From: Eledone cirrhosa
Taxonomy: Eukaryota
Direction of reading: 5' to 3'
DNA: 64,000 bases
NCBI GenBank assembly: GCA_964016885.1
Contig: OZ024742.1
Location: 334,862,001 to 334,926,000, forward strand
In this document: piece by piece, positions 41,738 through 56,660 of the stretch
How the letters are laid out: each line of letters starts with the position of its first letter
Numbering within the stretch: the stretch's first letter is position 1
Notes under the pieces: generated by a model
Database searches by the model: none
The model's input: only the letters and a program-made list of their open reading frames with translations
What the model was told of the DNA's origin: nothing
Program-made: the position numbers and the translations under genes

Positions 41738-43560
41738 TGGTGGTGGTGTTGGTGGGCATGGTGGGAGTGGTGGTGGCTATGGTGGTGGGGCGGGGTGGTT
41801 ATGGTGGAGTGGGGATGGGGATATTTGTGGTGATGGTGGTGGTAGTGGTGTTGGTGGTGGGAGTGGTGGTAGTGGTGGTGATGGCTGTGGTGGTGTTGGT
41901 GGTAGTGATGGTGTTGGTGGTGTTGGTGGTGGTGGTGGCGGTGGTGGTTGTGATGGTGTTGGTGGTGTTGGTGGTGGTAGTGATGGTGGTAGTGGTGGCG
42001 GTGGTGCTAGCGGTTCTGTTGAGATGGGATGATATTGAGTAGGATAATGGTCATAGTTGATGCTGGATGGTCAGTGGTGGCGGAGGTGGTGGTGGTAGAT
42101 GTGGTGGTGGAGCTGGTGGTGGAGTTGTTGGTGGTGGTGGTGGTTGTGGTGGAGGTGGTGGTGGAGGTGGTAGTGGAGGGGAGACTATTGTGTTAGTGTT
42201 GGGGTTAATATGATGCGGTTGGAGGCGTTAAATGCTTATAACGGTATTGTTCACGTTGGAATTGCTGGTGGGGTTGTAGCTATTGTAATAATGATGGTGG
42301 TGGTGGTGGTGGTGGTGATGGTGGTGATGGTGGTGTTGGTGGTGGTGATGGTGGTGGTGGTGGTGGTGGTGGTGGTAGTGGTGGTGGTAGTGGTGATGAT
42401 GATGATGATGGTGGTGATGATGGTGGTGGTGGTGGTGGTGATGGTGGTGATGGTGGTAATGGTGATGATCATGATGGCCCGTGGTCGGGGAGTGGAAGTG
42501 ATGTGACGGTGGTGTGGGGGTGGTGGGGTGATGTTGATCGAATTGTTGATGGAAGTAGCTGTGCTAGCAATAGTGATGATTGTGATGATTGTGATGCAGA
42601 TGATAACTACGGCGGCGGTCGATGGGCGGGGGTGTAGGTGGGATGGTGGTGGCGGTGGTAGTGGAATGTTTAAAAATCGATTAAGCACTGATTGACCTTT
42701 CAAAAAAGATCAAACAGTCATGCTCTCTACGATTACTTTTTCTTTTTTTTTCGTAAATTGAATCAAAGATTATCCGGTGCATGGGTGGGTGTGTGGGTGG
42801 TGTTGAGACTAAACAGTGTGGGGTGGGAGAGGAGATTCGGGGTGGGTGAAGTTCCCCCTGGTTGGGGGTTCGAACGTACAATGACAAAATATGCAGTTGA
42901 AAACAAAGTATTGCATAATTAGTGGTGGTGGTGGTGGTGGTGGCAGTGGGTGTGGGGTTGTAGGTGGTGATGGTGATGGTGGCGGTGTAGGTGGTGGGGG
43001 TGTAGGTGTTTGTGTCGATTGTGGTGGATGTGGTGGTGATGGTGGTGTAGCGGTGGTGGTGCTGGTGGTGGAAGTGGTGGTGTAGGTGTTGGTGTAGGTG
43101 GAGGTGTAAGTGGTGGCAGTGGTGGTAATGGTGGTGGGCATGGGGGATGTAAGTGTTTATGGTGGTTGTGATGGTGTTGGTGGGTGCGGTGGTGGTGGCA
43201 GTGATAGTTATGGTGGTTGTCGTTGTCGTGGTGGTGGTGTTTGTGCTTGTGGTGGTGGTGTTGGTGATGGTGGTGGTGCTGGTGTTGTTGATAGTGTAGG
43301 TGGTGGTGGTGGTGGTGGTGGTTATGGTGGTGGTGGTGGTGGTTGTGATGGTTATGGTGCTGGTGGTGTTGTTGGTGCTGTTGATAGTGTAGGTGGAGGT
43401 GGTGGTGGTGTGGTGGTGACAGTGTTGCAGGTGATGCTGCTGCTGAAGGTGGCATGGCTTGTGGTAATTGCGATAATTGTGGATCCAATGATGGAATCGC
43501 TGAGGTTGCTGGGCAAGTGGGGGGGGGGGGGGGCGATGGTATAATGGTAGTGGTGGCTTA
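41738..43560. repeat. Degenerate (GGT)n low-complexity region
   Basis: Direct observation. Confidence 0.85.
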
Positions 43561-43830
43561 TGTAAAGCTTATAGCAACAGTAAAGTAGTTAGACTAGTAG
43601 TAGTAGTAGTACTTATTGTAACAAAAGAGTGAAGTCAACTAAGTGCTTTATATACACACACATATACATACACGCACACAGACACATAAAAAATATATTT
43701 ATATGCATATATATATATATATATGTATCTACATGTATATATATTTATATATACAAATGAAGCATTTATATATGTATATATATGTGTGTGTGTGTATGTA
43801 TATATATATATAATATTATATATATATATA

Positions 43831-43877
<47 letters not shown>

Positions 43878-43917
43878 TATAAATGAAAGGTATAGAATGT
43901 ATTGTAGCAAGTATTCC

Positions 43918-43960
<43 letters not shown>

Positions 43961-44099
43961 CATATATATATATACAATTGAAGCACTTAGATATATATAT
44001 GTATGTATATACAATTGAAGCATTTTATATATATATATACTCACACTTGAAGCACTTAATATATTTGCGTGTGTGCATGTGTGTGTATGTCTAGGTGCA

Positions 44100-44152
<53 letters not shown>

Positions 44153-44344
44153 ATGTTACATATGTATGTATAGCAGGTATATATACGTGATTCCTTAGAA
44201 AGATAAAAGACGATGCCATTTACCATTTACCATTTTAATGATTGCTCTAGAATAGCATGATGCAACGTAGATTATTTCAAATACCAATAACGGCACACTG
44301 CATCACTGAATCCACTATATGAATTTTAATATATACTTCTATAT

Positions 44345-44384
<40 letters not shown>

Positions 44385-44521
44385 GTATGTATGTATGTAT
44401 GTATGTATGTATGTATGTATGTATGTATGTATGTATGTATGTATGTATGTATGTATGTATGTATGGACGTATGTTTGTTTATAAACATATATATATGTAT
44501 ACATATATATATATACGAGTA

Positions 44522-44690
<169 letters not shown>

Positions 44691-44805
44691 TTAAACTTAT
44701 ATATACGCATATATATCCAAGGTATATATTGAGTTAGAAACTCAAACTAGTCTCTTACAATAAAATAGCTCTAGGAAAGAGATTTTTCCGAGCCGTACAT
44801 TATAA

Positions 44806-45650
44806 TCTATATATATAAAACTGTGGTTGTCTGTCTGTCTATCGATTTTTGGCACACATCTTGCTCACGGAATTGCACCGAATTGCACTTTGGCTCACGG
44901 AATTGCACCGAAATTGCTATACTTGTACATTGAGCCCTAGCGAAGACATCGGAAAAAAAATATTTCAAATTGACCCACCCTATGTGACGAAATCGAATAT
45001 AATGTATCGATTTTTGAGCGTAAGTTATCAGTTATTTCCCTTTGTTCTGTTTACATTGAGCGTCTTACGTAACAAATTACGCTGGCTTTCTCACACGAAC
45101 AGTTGTCGAGCCAGCAAAATATTGACCTGCAAAATTCATCAGTTCGAACACTAAGCTTCCGTTTTGCTTCATTTCCATTTAAAAGCATTTTAAAACAATA
45201 TTTTTACTTGAAAACAAGTCTATTTAAAGACTACGTAAAACAAGCAAATATTTCAGGCGTGCAGACAGACAGTCGTGCAGAGAGGTGATATAGGCGTGCA
45301 GACAGACAGTCGTGCAGAGAGGTGATATAGGCGTGCAGACAGACATAACTGATAATTTGGTTACGCTAATGTTTTTCTCTGCGTTGCAGTGTTTACATTT
45401 TCGATCTTTGTTAATAAATAACCAGTGCAGTTTTTATCCCCAGCATCCTCTTTTGTTATAACATTCGGGTTATCGTTATGTTTTCTTAACTTCATAAGGC
45501 ATATTGTTGGTTGAGGGAATATTAATCAAAAACACCACATGCAAGTCTGCACAGTAGACATTACAGTTTTTAAGCCAAAAAAGAAACTTAACATTGTAAC
45601 TTTAACACAGCTACTGAGCGACTCCGAGCAACGCCGGGCTTTACTGCTAG
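44806..45650 (+). mobile_element. Non-autonomous Helitron-like element
   Basis: A|TCTATATATATAAAA 5' end, (tctg)n, internal 37-bp tandem repeats at about 45255-45345, subterminal hairpin ccgagcaacgccgg, CTAG|T 3' end. Confidence 0.8.
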
Positions 45651-46076
45651 TTGAATATAAAAGAAAAACTAACACAGATATATACATATATGTGTTCAAA
45701 TCGCAATGGACCAGATTCGCTAAGGTGAAAAGAATACTAACTATAAACAATAGTTTCTAACTCAATATATACCTTTGATATATTCAGCTCCGTTAATTTG
45801 TTGAGCTAATTCAAATGCCAGATAAACCTGGCTGCTATTTTTAGTGGTGTGAGATGTGAGACACGCTAACTTCAGATACCATGTGCCTTATTATATATAC
45901 GCACACTATTCAGTTTTTTCTGATATACTTAGAAGTGACCAGGATACTAATAATTCTTCACCCGCTGATGAGCAAGAATTGGTATTCCTCTTATATATAC
46001 ATATATTTGCATATACATAAATATATATATACACATGTATATACATATATATGCATACGAATGTGTATGTTAATAG

Positions 46077-46137
<61 letters not shown>

Positions 46138-46419
46138 TATTAAAATAACAGATTAAAGTTTAAGCAAAGAAAAGCTGCTTTCACTCTTAACAGGATCTTC
46201 TGAAACTTATATATTTGATATATATTTATCCTTATCGAGCCCTCTTTGGATTTTAGTCTTCACATTTATTATTATTATTATTACTATATACATATATATA
46301 TCAGAATGGAGGCGGTAAAAACCAGTTAGACCATTACTCACCAGAGTACTCGATACTTGGGGTAGTAGAGTGGTAAATATGAAAAGCTTCAGGAGCCCGC
46401 ATGAATATATATATATGCG

Positions 46420-46457
<38 letters not shown>

Positions 46458-46789
46458 TGCATAAATAGATAGATGGTTTGATAGATAGAACAACATATGT
46501 ACTGTAGCGATATTTCAAAAGAACAATGTTCAGCATTGTCGCAAATTGTGTTACGTTGATTTGTTTCGGGAATCACCTTAAATGTACACGTGTCTGTGAA
46601 TTTTCACCATTTACACGACAATACAAGATACCTGAAATTTCAAACTCTCAGTCTTCTCACATAATTTTTGACACCGATTCTGCTCTAAGTCTATGGAATA
46701 CACAACCACTTATGTTTTAATTCACGAGTGGCACGTTCACTTAATCAGACAACTGAATAATAATCGTCGAAATCTACGGAGTCTCCATT

Positions 46790-46965
46790 ATTTGGCAGTA
46801 TCGGTAGCGGGTCGGACGCCATGCTCTCCAGCATAGTTACGTCCCTTTACTGTCTGAGTTCAAATCCCGTCGAGGTTAACTTTACCTTTCATCCTTACGT
46901 GGTCGATAAAATAAAGTAATTCACTGGGATAATTGCTGGACTTGTGCCAAAAGTTGAAACAATTA
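46790..46965 (+). mobile_element. tRNA-derived SINE; partial copy also at 48050-48166
   Basis: A box tggcagtatcgg, B box gagttcaaatcc, shared body. Confidence 0.88.
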
Positions 46966-47390
46966 TTTGTACCACATCCATCTGTAGCGTTCATCTATTA
47001 GCATCATTCTAATTATTCTCAGCACCATTATGGAATATCAGATTCTTGTACAGTTATCTCATTGAGGATAGTGCATTGTATTTTAGTGCACGAAATAATG
47101 ACTAAAACTGTTTCAGTTATTCTAAGTATTTCAAGAGCTATAGATATACACTTACGTACATGTAAGAGTATTTATGCATGTGTGCATGCAAGCGTGCATG
47201 TGCAGGTATGGATGTTATTGTATATATGGATGTGTATATGTATATACGGTTATGTAACATTTATATATATATTTATATATGTATATGTGTGTGTATATAT
47301 ATATATATATATACTTGGGGAAGGTCATATTTGTGTAATATTGCCAGAATTAATAACAGAACACACTCACTGTTTGGTTCATCGCCGTTT

Positions 47391-47495
<105 letters not shown>

Positions 47496-47646
47496 GGAAG
47501 CAGGAAAATGCTTATTGTGATCCAATTCGTGGTTAAGAAAGCCAGTTTCGTTGACGGTTTCATGCACTTACCAATGAAACGGTCGTAAGTACCTGGAAAA
47601 ATCCTTTTCTTAATGCTTACCTGTGTTTTCTCTTTTATACTATATA

Positions 47647-47723
<77 letters not shown>

Positions 47724-47725
<2 letters not shown>

Positions 47726-48020
47726 GATAACAAGTTATCGTTATAGATAATCCACCTAGAAGTTGTGAGTACTCTGCCTCGTGAATAGTTTTAACGTACG
47801 GCTTTGTTTGACTCAACAAGATGTTTCCATAGTTAGACAGCGACTTCGTGGGAATTCCTATGTAAGTTATACTGGGAGTAATAATAGTGAATGAATGAAG
47901 AGTAACATGGTTGGCTGTACAACAAGTGGCTTTATTTCAGTTATTAACAATTGTTTCATTGATCAGGTGAGTCTAGAGGCCGCTAATCGCTCGAAGTTGC
48001 GTCACTCGATCTCCATTACA
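47724..48020 (-). mobile_element. Truncated diverged homolog of the 23522-24323 element
   Basis: Starts with the same gggataacaagttatcgttatag; retains minus-strand atGAAACaattGTTaata but is cut before the CTGATGA half. Confidence 0.75.
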
Positions 48021-48184
48021 TTATTTACCTCTGACCAAATCCTCAGAATATGAGTTCAAATCCCGCCGAGGTTTACATTGCCTTTCATCCTTAAGAGGTC
48101 GATAAAATAAAGTACCAGTAATGTACTGGGTAATTTCTGGCCATGTGCCAAAAGTAGAAACAATTATTTCACTATATATATATA

Positions 48185-48246
<62 letters not shown>

Positions 48247-48247
48247 C

Positions 48248-48342
<95 letters not shown>

Positions 48343-48399
48343 CACATATACATATATACATACATACATATATATATATTTATATATATATATATATTC

Positions 48400-48585
48400 A
48401 ATTCAGGACCCCGATGGGTGAGCTCCGGCTGTTTCAATAGCTAGATCCGAACAGTTAGGATCTAACTGTTGAAACGGCCGGAGCTCAACCGTCAGGTTAC
48501 TGAATTGTTCATATTATCCACTCTACTATCCCAAGCATCGCGTATTCTGGTGAGTAATGGTCTAACTAGTAATCACCGCCTCCAT

Positions 48586-48592
<7 letters not shown>
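48400..48592. mobile_element. GAAAC-hairpin-GTC family repeat with fold-back
   Basis: gtttcaatagctagatcc..ggatctaactgttgaaacggccggagctcaaccgtc...cctccattctgat. Confidence 0.7.
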
Positions 48593-48620
<28 letters not shown>

Positions 48621-48621
<1 letters not shown>

Positions 48622-49515
48622 GAGGTGTGTCAGAAAGCTCCAGGACTGATGTCACAAAAGATTTATTTCAAACCCAAACTTCACACTAAGAATTTTCTCC
48701 TTCAAAGTAATTCCCCTGGAGTCTAATGCACTTTTACATCCTTTTCTGCCACGCTTGCATGCACTCCTGGAAGGATTTTTCCGGGATCCTCCGCAGTTCC
48801 GTCGTCACGGGCTTTTTGATACGTCCACGTCTTCAAAACGGGTCCCCTCCGGGTCGTACTCGAAGATACATGACTCATTACCGATGATGACTGTCCCTAG
48901 CAAGTCTGGATCGGTTTCAAGACGCTCGAGGATGTCCTGGGACACTTGCATGCGTCGACCCTTCTAGTCATCGTTCAGCAGTTTTGGCACCATCTTCGCG
49001 CAGACTTTCCGCATGTCCAAATCTTCAGTGAGAATCTTCCAGACGCTGTGCCGATTCATGCCCAGCTCATTTGCCATCAGTCGAACAGTCAGCCGACGAT
49101 CGCTACGCACCATCTGCCTGACGCGCTCAACGTTGACCTCAGTCCTGGTTGTTGAGAGCCTTCCGCTCCTGGGGTCATTTTCCACGTCCTCGCGTCCTTC
49201 TTTAAACCGTTTGTACCACTCAAAAACACGTGAGACATCGTCTCATCTCCACACAGTTGCTGCAGCAATCCCAGTGCTTGCTTCTGACGGAGTTTTCCCC
49301 AACCGTACCAGAAACTGTGCTCATTGCTTGACGACCTGAACCAGAAGTCATGTATATAAAATTATGAAGAAAAAAGTTTGATCGCTGCAGAGAGCTAAGA
49401 TTACAGTTACATACTCCAGGGGAATTACTTTGAAGGAGAAAACTCGTTGTGTGAAGTTTGGGTTTGAAATAAATCTTTTGTGACATCAGTCCTGGAACTT
49501 TTCTGACACACCTCG
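48621..49515 (-). mobile_element. Internally deleted mariner (Tc1/mariner) DNA transposon
   Basis: Terminal inverted repeats of about 100 bp starting cgaggtgtgtcagaaa, TA flanks; remnant PRSGRLST...DRRLTVRLMANELG...RKVCAKMVPKLL (mariner HTH and WVP-like motif). Confidence 0.93.
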
Positions 49516-49524
49516 TATATACAG

Positions 49525-49690
<166 letters not shown>

Positions 49691-50082
49691 AGTTAATATA
49701 TATTAATATATGATAAACACATACGTGTTTGTATTGCAAGAGACAAAGTTAGCTAGAATGAAATAAACTATTTCATTCTAGCTAACTTTGTCTCTTGCAA
49801 TACAAACACGTATGTGTTTATCATATATTAATATATATTAACTTGTATTTCACTGCTCGGAAATGCTTCTTTCTTTGAGCTGATTAATTGTAAATGACTT
49901 TGAGTTTAAACTCTAAATATAATATAATATTATTGCTCCTTAACTGTAGAGCTAATTTTTAATCCCATATAAACGGCTGTTATTTCTATCACTGTGAGTA
50001 TGGGATGGCTAGTATAGATGGTTATACCACGTGTGAATCAGTCCTACAAAATTTTTGGAGGTGAAATGTACTAATTTTACTG

Positions 50083-50232
50083 GATTCCTGTTGATAAGCA
50101 CAGAAGATTTGAATATTTCACTTTTTATATTTCACTTTTTATACCATCGTTGCGAAACATATTTAGGTTTCGGATTTCAAATTCATCTACGGAGCAGGTT
50201 TGGATTTTGAAATTTAAATTTGTCCAGGAATC
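50083..50232 (+). ncRNA. Type I hammerhead ribozyme, U3-A8 variant core, long stem III
   Basis: gattcctg-TTGATAA-gca...tgc-GAAAC-(about 27-bp GU-rich stem III)-GTC-caggaatc; perfect 8-bp stem I. Confidence 0.87.
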
Positions 50233-50383
50233 ACGGCTTTTGCCAATATAAGCTTGCCTTTATTGACTTATATCGAGACAGACAAATTGTATTCTTTTTA
50301 ATTAGTTTATTTCATTCTAGCTAACTTTGTCTCTTGCAATACAAACACGTATGTGTTTATCATATATTAATATATATTAACTT

Positions 50384-50572
50384 GGGCGGTGGATTGGCAG
50401 TATCGGTAGAGGGTCGGACGCCATGCTTTCCAGCATAGTTACGTCCCTTTACGATCTGAGTTCAAATCCCGCCGAGGTTGACTTTGCCTTTCATCCTTAC
50501 GGGGTCGATAAAATAAAGTACTAGTAATGCACTGGGTAATTGTTGGCCTTGTGCCTAAAGTAGAAACAATTA
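50384..50572 (+). mobile_element. Full-length tRNA-derived SINE with target-site duplication
   Basis: A box tggcagtatcgg, B box gagttcaaatcc; TSD of about 17 bp (taatatatattaacttg); empty site visible at about 49828-49850. Confidence 0.93.
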
Positions 50573-50663
50573 ATATATATTAACTTGTATTTCACTGCTC
50601 GGAAATGCTTCTTTCTTTGAGCTGATTAATTGTAAATGACTTTCAGTTTAAACTCTAAATATA

Positions 50664-50701
<38 letters not shown>

Positions 50702-51037
50702 TAAAGTATCTCAACTTATGTAATATATGATAATAATTATGCTTCATAAAGAGAGAGAGGGGGGGGGGGAGAAAGGCGGAGGGGAGAGAGAAAGCCATGT
50801 ATCATTAGAGAAACACATAGTATTGTGTACATATATATATAAAGCATAAAATATTTAGTAAAAAGTACCTATTTTAATGTGTATATAATATGTATGATAT
50901 TTATGTTTCTCTGTAAAAAAAAACAACCTTTAAGTACATATTTCAAGGTTTATATATGTATGAAAATTTTGTTTCTCAGTGTACTTTTTCCTAAATACTA
51001 TGTTTTATATACATATATATATACAAAATACTATGTG

Positions 51038-51237
51038 NNNNNNNNNNNNNNNNNNNNNNNNNNNNNNNNNNNNNNNNNNNNNNNNNNNNNNNNNNNNNNN
51101 NNNNNNNNNNNNNNNNNNNNNNNNNNNNNNNNNNNNNNNNNNNNNNNNNNNNNNNNNNNNNNNNNNNNNNNNNNNNNNNNNNNNNNNNNNNNNNNNNNNN
51201 NNNNNNNNNNNNNNNNNNNNNNNNNNNNNNNNNNNNN
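51038..51237. other. Assembly gap (200 N)
   Basis: Run of N. Confidence 1.
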
Positions 51238-51397
51238 CATACAGATATTTATATAAAATCTCACACATATATATATAACTATTATCGTTATATCATAATG
51301 TGTTTATATGTAAGTTTATGTTGTCTACGTGTGGATACATGTATGTTATTATTTAACAGTGACAATTTGTTTCACGAAAATAATTTATATATATATA

Positions 51398-51469
<72 letters not shown>

Positions 51470-51584
51470 CATGTATATATATACATATATATATATATAC
51501 ATATATATATTATATATTATATATAAATATATATATGTATATATAAATATATATATACATATATATAATATATATAAATATATT

Positions 51585-51712
<128 letters not shown>

Positions 51713-51731
51713 TGTATATATGTATATATAA

Positions 51732-51787
<56 letters not shown>

Positions 51788-51849
51788 CATATATAATATA
51801 TATATAAATATATATATACATATATATATATATATAAATATATATATAC

Positions 51850-51935
<86 letters not shown>

Positions 51936-51936
51936 C

Positions 51937-52001
<65 letters not shown>

Positions 52002-52062
52002 CATATATATATATATATAAATATATATATACATATATATATATATATAAATATATATATAC

Positions 52063-52208
<146 letters not shown>

Positions 52209-52316
52209 CCTAACAAATCTCCTTAAGTTATAATTAACGACTTAAAAATAGTTATGTATATATGTGTGAGATTTTATATAAATATCCATCTGTATGTGTA
52301 TGGTAGAGTGCGTATG

Positions 52317-52742
52317 GGTGAATGTGTGTGTGTGGTTGTATACCAGATGAATGTGTGTGTGTGGTTGTATACCAGATGAATGTGTGTGTGTGTGGTTGTA
52401 TACCAGATGAATGTGTGTGTGTCTGGTTGTATACCAGATGAATGTGTGTGTGTGGTTGTATACCAGATGAATGTGTGTGTGTGGTTGTATACCAGATGAA
52501 TGTGTGTGTGTGTGGTTGTATACCAGATGAATGTGTGTGTGTGGTTGTAAACCAGTTGAATGTGTGTGTGTGTGGTTGTATACCAGATGAATGTGTGTGT
52601 GTGTGGTTGTTATACCAGATGAATGTGTGTGTGTGTGGTTGTATACCAGATGAATGTGTGTGTGTGGTTGTATACCAGATGAATGTGTGTGTGTGGTTGT
52701 ATACCAGATGAACGTGTGGTGGTGTGTGGTTGTTATACCAGT
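52317..52742. repeat. Minisatellite, 29-33 bp unit ((tg)n-gttgtataccagatgaa)
   Basis: About 14 tandem units. Confidence 0.92.
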
Positions 52743-52894
52743 GTGTGTATTTGTGTTTAAAGGCACAACATAACCCAACGGTGTAAGGAAATGTATTACA
52801 TTTGTATATTTACAATGGTTATATACATTTGTAATGCTAACTTCATAGAAATACACGCATATCATTTGTAATATACATGCATACGCATACGCAC

Positions 52895-52964
<70 letters not shown>

Positions 52965-53145
52965 TTATATTTATATATGCATATATACATATATATATAT
53001 AAATGTGTATGTATATATATATATACACACACATATATATATATACATATATATACATATATATACACACACATATATATATATATATAAACATATATAT
53101 ATATATATACATATATATAATATATATACATATATATATACACAC

Positions 53146-53206
<61 letters not shown>

Positions 53207-53253
53207 AACATATATATACATATATATATACACATTTATATAAATATATATAT

Positions 53254-53288
<35 letters not shown>

Positions 53289-53675
53289 CAGAGAGAGAGA
53301 AAGAGAGACAGGCAGACAGAGAGATAGAGAGAGAGTAACATAGAAGGAGAAAGGGGTATAGTGAGAGAGAAGGGGGAGAAACATTGTCATACATTGCACT
53401 GTAAAATAAAAATGAAAATATTTTTATATTTAATATTTTATCTGGAGATATGTGTGTTGAGAAGACGGGAATTAAGTTGCACTTAATTCAAAGTGTTTTC
53501 TATTGAATAAAGGTCGATAGAAACTAGGTTAAACTACAGATTTCCAATCGATATTGACATTATATACGCTCACATGCTGCAGGAAGGTTGCCTATGTATA
53601 TGTGTACACATACCTATGTACAGTATATACATACACATACACACACTGAGCGAAAGCGAGAGGAACGTTAGTATG

Positions 53676-53759
<84 letters not shown>

Positions 53760-53762
53760 GTT

Positions 53763-55836
53763 ATATATTTAGAAACACACAGATACATGCGGACACACAC
53801 ATATATACATGAATGCATCCACACCCAACTGTGAGTTAAGGGTGCCAACTTCACCGATGTTGCTCAATGAATGACTGGGACAGACCAATTCAGTTTGAAC
53901 CAGACTGAACCAGTATCAGAGTTAAAAATACATTATGAAGAGAGAAGAAACATTTAGATATAATTAGTAATAAAATGTATCATACCTAAACTGTTCCTAA
54001 ATTCCTCGACTACGTAGTTTCGTGGCATAAACAAAAACAATATATCAAAGATATAGAGTCCTTGCGAGGTCTGCCGACTTATCAAGAGGATACCTCATTT
54101 TACTAGTCCCAAGAACGCGTCTACACGGCGTGAGAAAGAATCCCAAAAGGCGGAGGGGGAGATAGTCACGCGATATAACGGTCGAGAAACAGAGCTAAGC
54201 CTCTTATAACCACGAAGAAAATACCACGGAGGCGGAGGGGGGTATTCATATCGAGGCCGTAGAAGAGGTAGTGAAGAAGGCGAGAAGTATGAGTAATGGA
54301 AGCTTTCCAGTTGTCCCCACACCTCAAAGATTGCTCGACCAGAGGGAGTTATTAATATATTTAGAAACACACAGATACATGCGGACACACACATATATAC
54401 ATGAATGCATCCACACCCAACTGTGAGTTAAGGGTGCCAACTTCACCGATGTTGCTCAATGAATGACTGGGACAGACCAATTCAGTTTGAACCAGACTGA
54501 ACCAGTATCAGAGTTAAAAATACATTATGAAGAGAGAAGAAACATTTAGATATAATTAGTAATAAAATGTATCATACCTAAACTGTTCCTAAATTCCTCG
54601 ACTACGTAGTTTCGTGGCATAAACAAAAACAATATATCAAAGATATAGAGTCCTTGCGAGGTCTGCCGACTTATCAAGAGGATACGCTCATTTTACTAGT
54701 CCCAAGAACGCGTCTACATGACGTGAGAAAGAATCCCAAAAGGCGGAGGGGGAGATAGTCACGCGATATAACGGTCGAGAAACAGAGCTAAGCCTCTTAT
54801 AACCACGAAGAAAATACCACGGAGGCGGAGGGGGGTATTCATATCGAGGCCGTAGAAGAGGTAGTGAAGAAGGCGAGAAGTATGAGTAATGGAAGCTTTC
54901 CAGTTGTCCCCACACCTCAAAGATTGCTCGACCAGAGGGAGTTATTAATATATTTAGAAACACACAGATACATGCGGACACACACATATATACATGAATG
55001 CATCCACACCCAACTGTGAGTTAAGGGTGCCAACTTCACCGATGTTGCTCAATGAATGACTGGGACAGACCAATTCAGTTTGAACCAGACTGAACCAGTA
55101 TCAGAGTTAAAAATACATTATGAAGAGAGAAGAAACATTTAGATATAATTAGTAATAAAATGTATCATACCTAAACTGTTCCTAAATTCCTCGACTACAT
55201 TTTATTACTAATTATATCTAAATGTTTCTCTCTCTTCATAATGTATTTTTAACTCTGATACTGGTTCAGTCTGGTTCAAACTGAATTGGTCTGTCCCAGT
55301 CATTCATTGAGCAACATCGGTGAAGTTGGCACCCTTAACTCACAGTTGGGTGTGGATGCATTCATGTATATATGTGTGTGTCCGCATGTATCTGTGTGTT
55401 TCTAAATATATTAATAACTCCCTCTGGTCGAGCAATCTTTGAGGTGTGGGGACAACTGGAAAGCTTCCATTACTCATACTTCTCGCCTTCTTCACTACCT
55501 CTTCTACGGCCTCGATATGAATACCCCCTCCGCCTCCGTGGTATTTTCTTCGTGGTTATAAGAGGCTTAGCTCTGTTTCTCGACCGTTATATCGCGTGAC
55601 TATCTCCCCCTCCGCCTTTTGGGATTCTTTCTCACGTCGTGTAGACGCGTTCTTGGGACTAGTAAAATGAGGTATCCTCTTGATAAGTCGGCAGACCTCG
55701 CAAGGACTCTATATCTTTGATATATTGTTTTTGTTTATGCCACGAAACTACGTAGTCGAGGAATTTAGGAACAGTTTAGGTATGATACATTTTATTACTA
55801 ATTATATCTAAATGTTTCTTCTCTCTTCATAATGTA
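53763..55836 (-). mobile_element. Retrozyme-like element: about 2.4 tandem copies of a 592-bp unit (53763-55198) plus an inverted copy of about 1.1 units (55197-55836)
   Basis: agaaacacacagatacatgcgg at 53771, 54363 and 54956; reverse complement follows; (TA)n on both flanks. Confidence 0.92.
55675..55762 (+). ncRNA. Type I hammerhead ribozyme, U3-A8 variant core (minus-strand copies at 54003-54090 and 54595-54682)
   Basis: tcctc-TTGATAA-gtcggca...tgccac-GAAAC-tacgta-GTC-gagga; palindromic ACTACGTAGT stem III. Confidence 0.88.
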
Positions 55837-55861
55837 TATATATAGTTATATGTATATATAC

Positions 55862-55939
<78 letters not shown>

Positions 55940-55952
55940 ATATAGTTATATC

Positions 55953-56013
<61 letters not shown>

Positions 56014-56019
56014 ATATAG

Positions 56020-56089
<70 letters not shown>

Positions 56090-56153
56090 TTATATTTATA
56101 TATGCATATATACGTATATATATAGTTATATGTATATATACATATATATATAG

Positions 56154-56188
<35 letters not shown>

Positions 56189-56247
56189 CATATATATATA
56201 GTTATATGTATATATACATATATATAGATATATATATATATATATAG

Positions 56248-56484
<237 letters not shown>

Positions 56485-56660
56485 CATATTGACATATATA
56501 AATACGTATATAAATATATATTAACAGAAATAAATACATTACATACACACATGTATAGATATAGTGATACGAACATACAAAGAGACACACACTAACCTGT
56601 ACTACAAACAAGTGTATATAGACACTCCAGACACACACTTGACAAATACATGTATATATG

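Noticed and set aside
45960-45992. Isolated CTGATGA motifs (also at about 18440 and 62657)
   Set aside because: No stem II or GAAA partner downstream.
47500-47640. GAAAC-ggtc-GTA resembling a hammerhead 3' half
   Set aside because: No CUGANGA or UUGANAA upstream with matching stems.
52317-52742. Regularly spaced repeats resembling a CRISPR array
   Set aside because: The spacers are only variable (TG)n, the context is eukaryotic and there are no cas genes.
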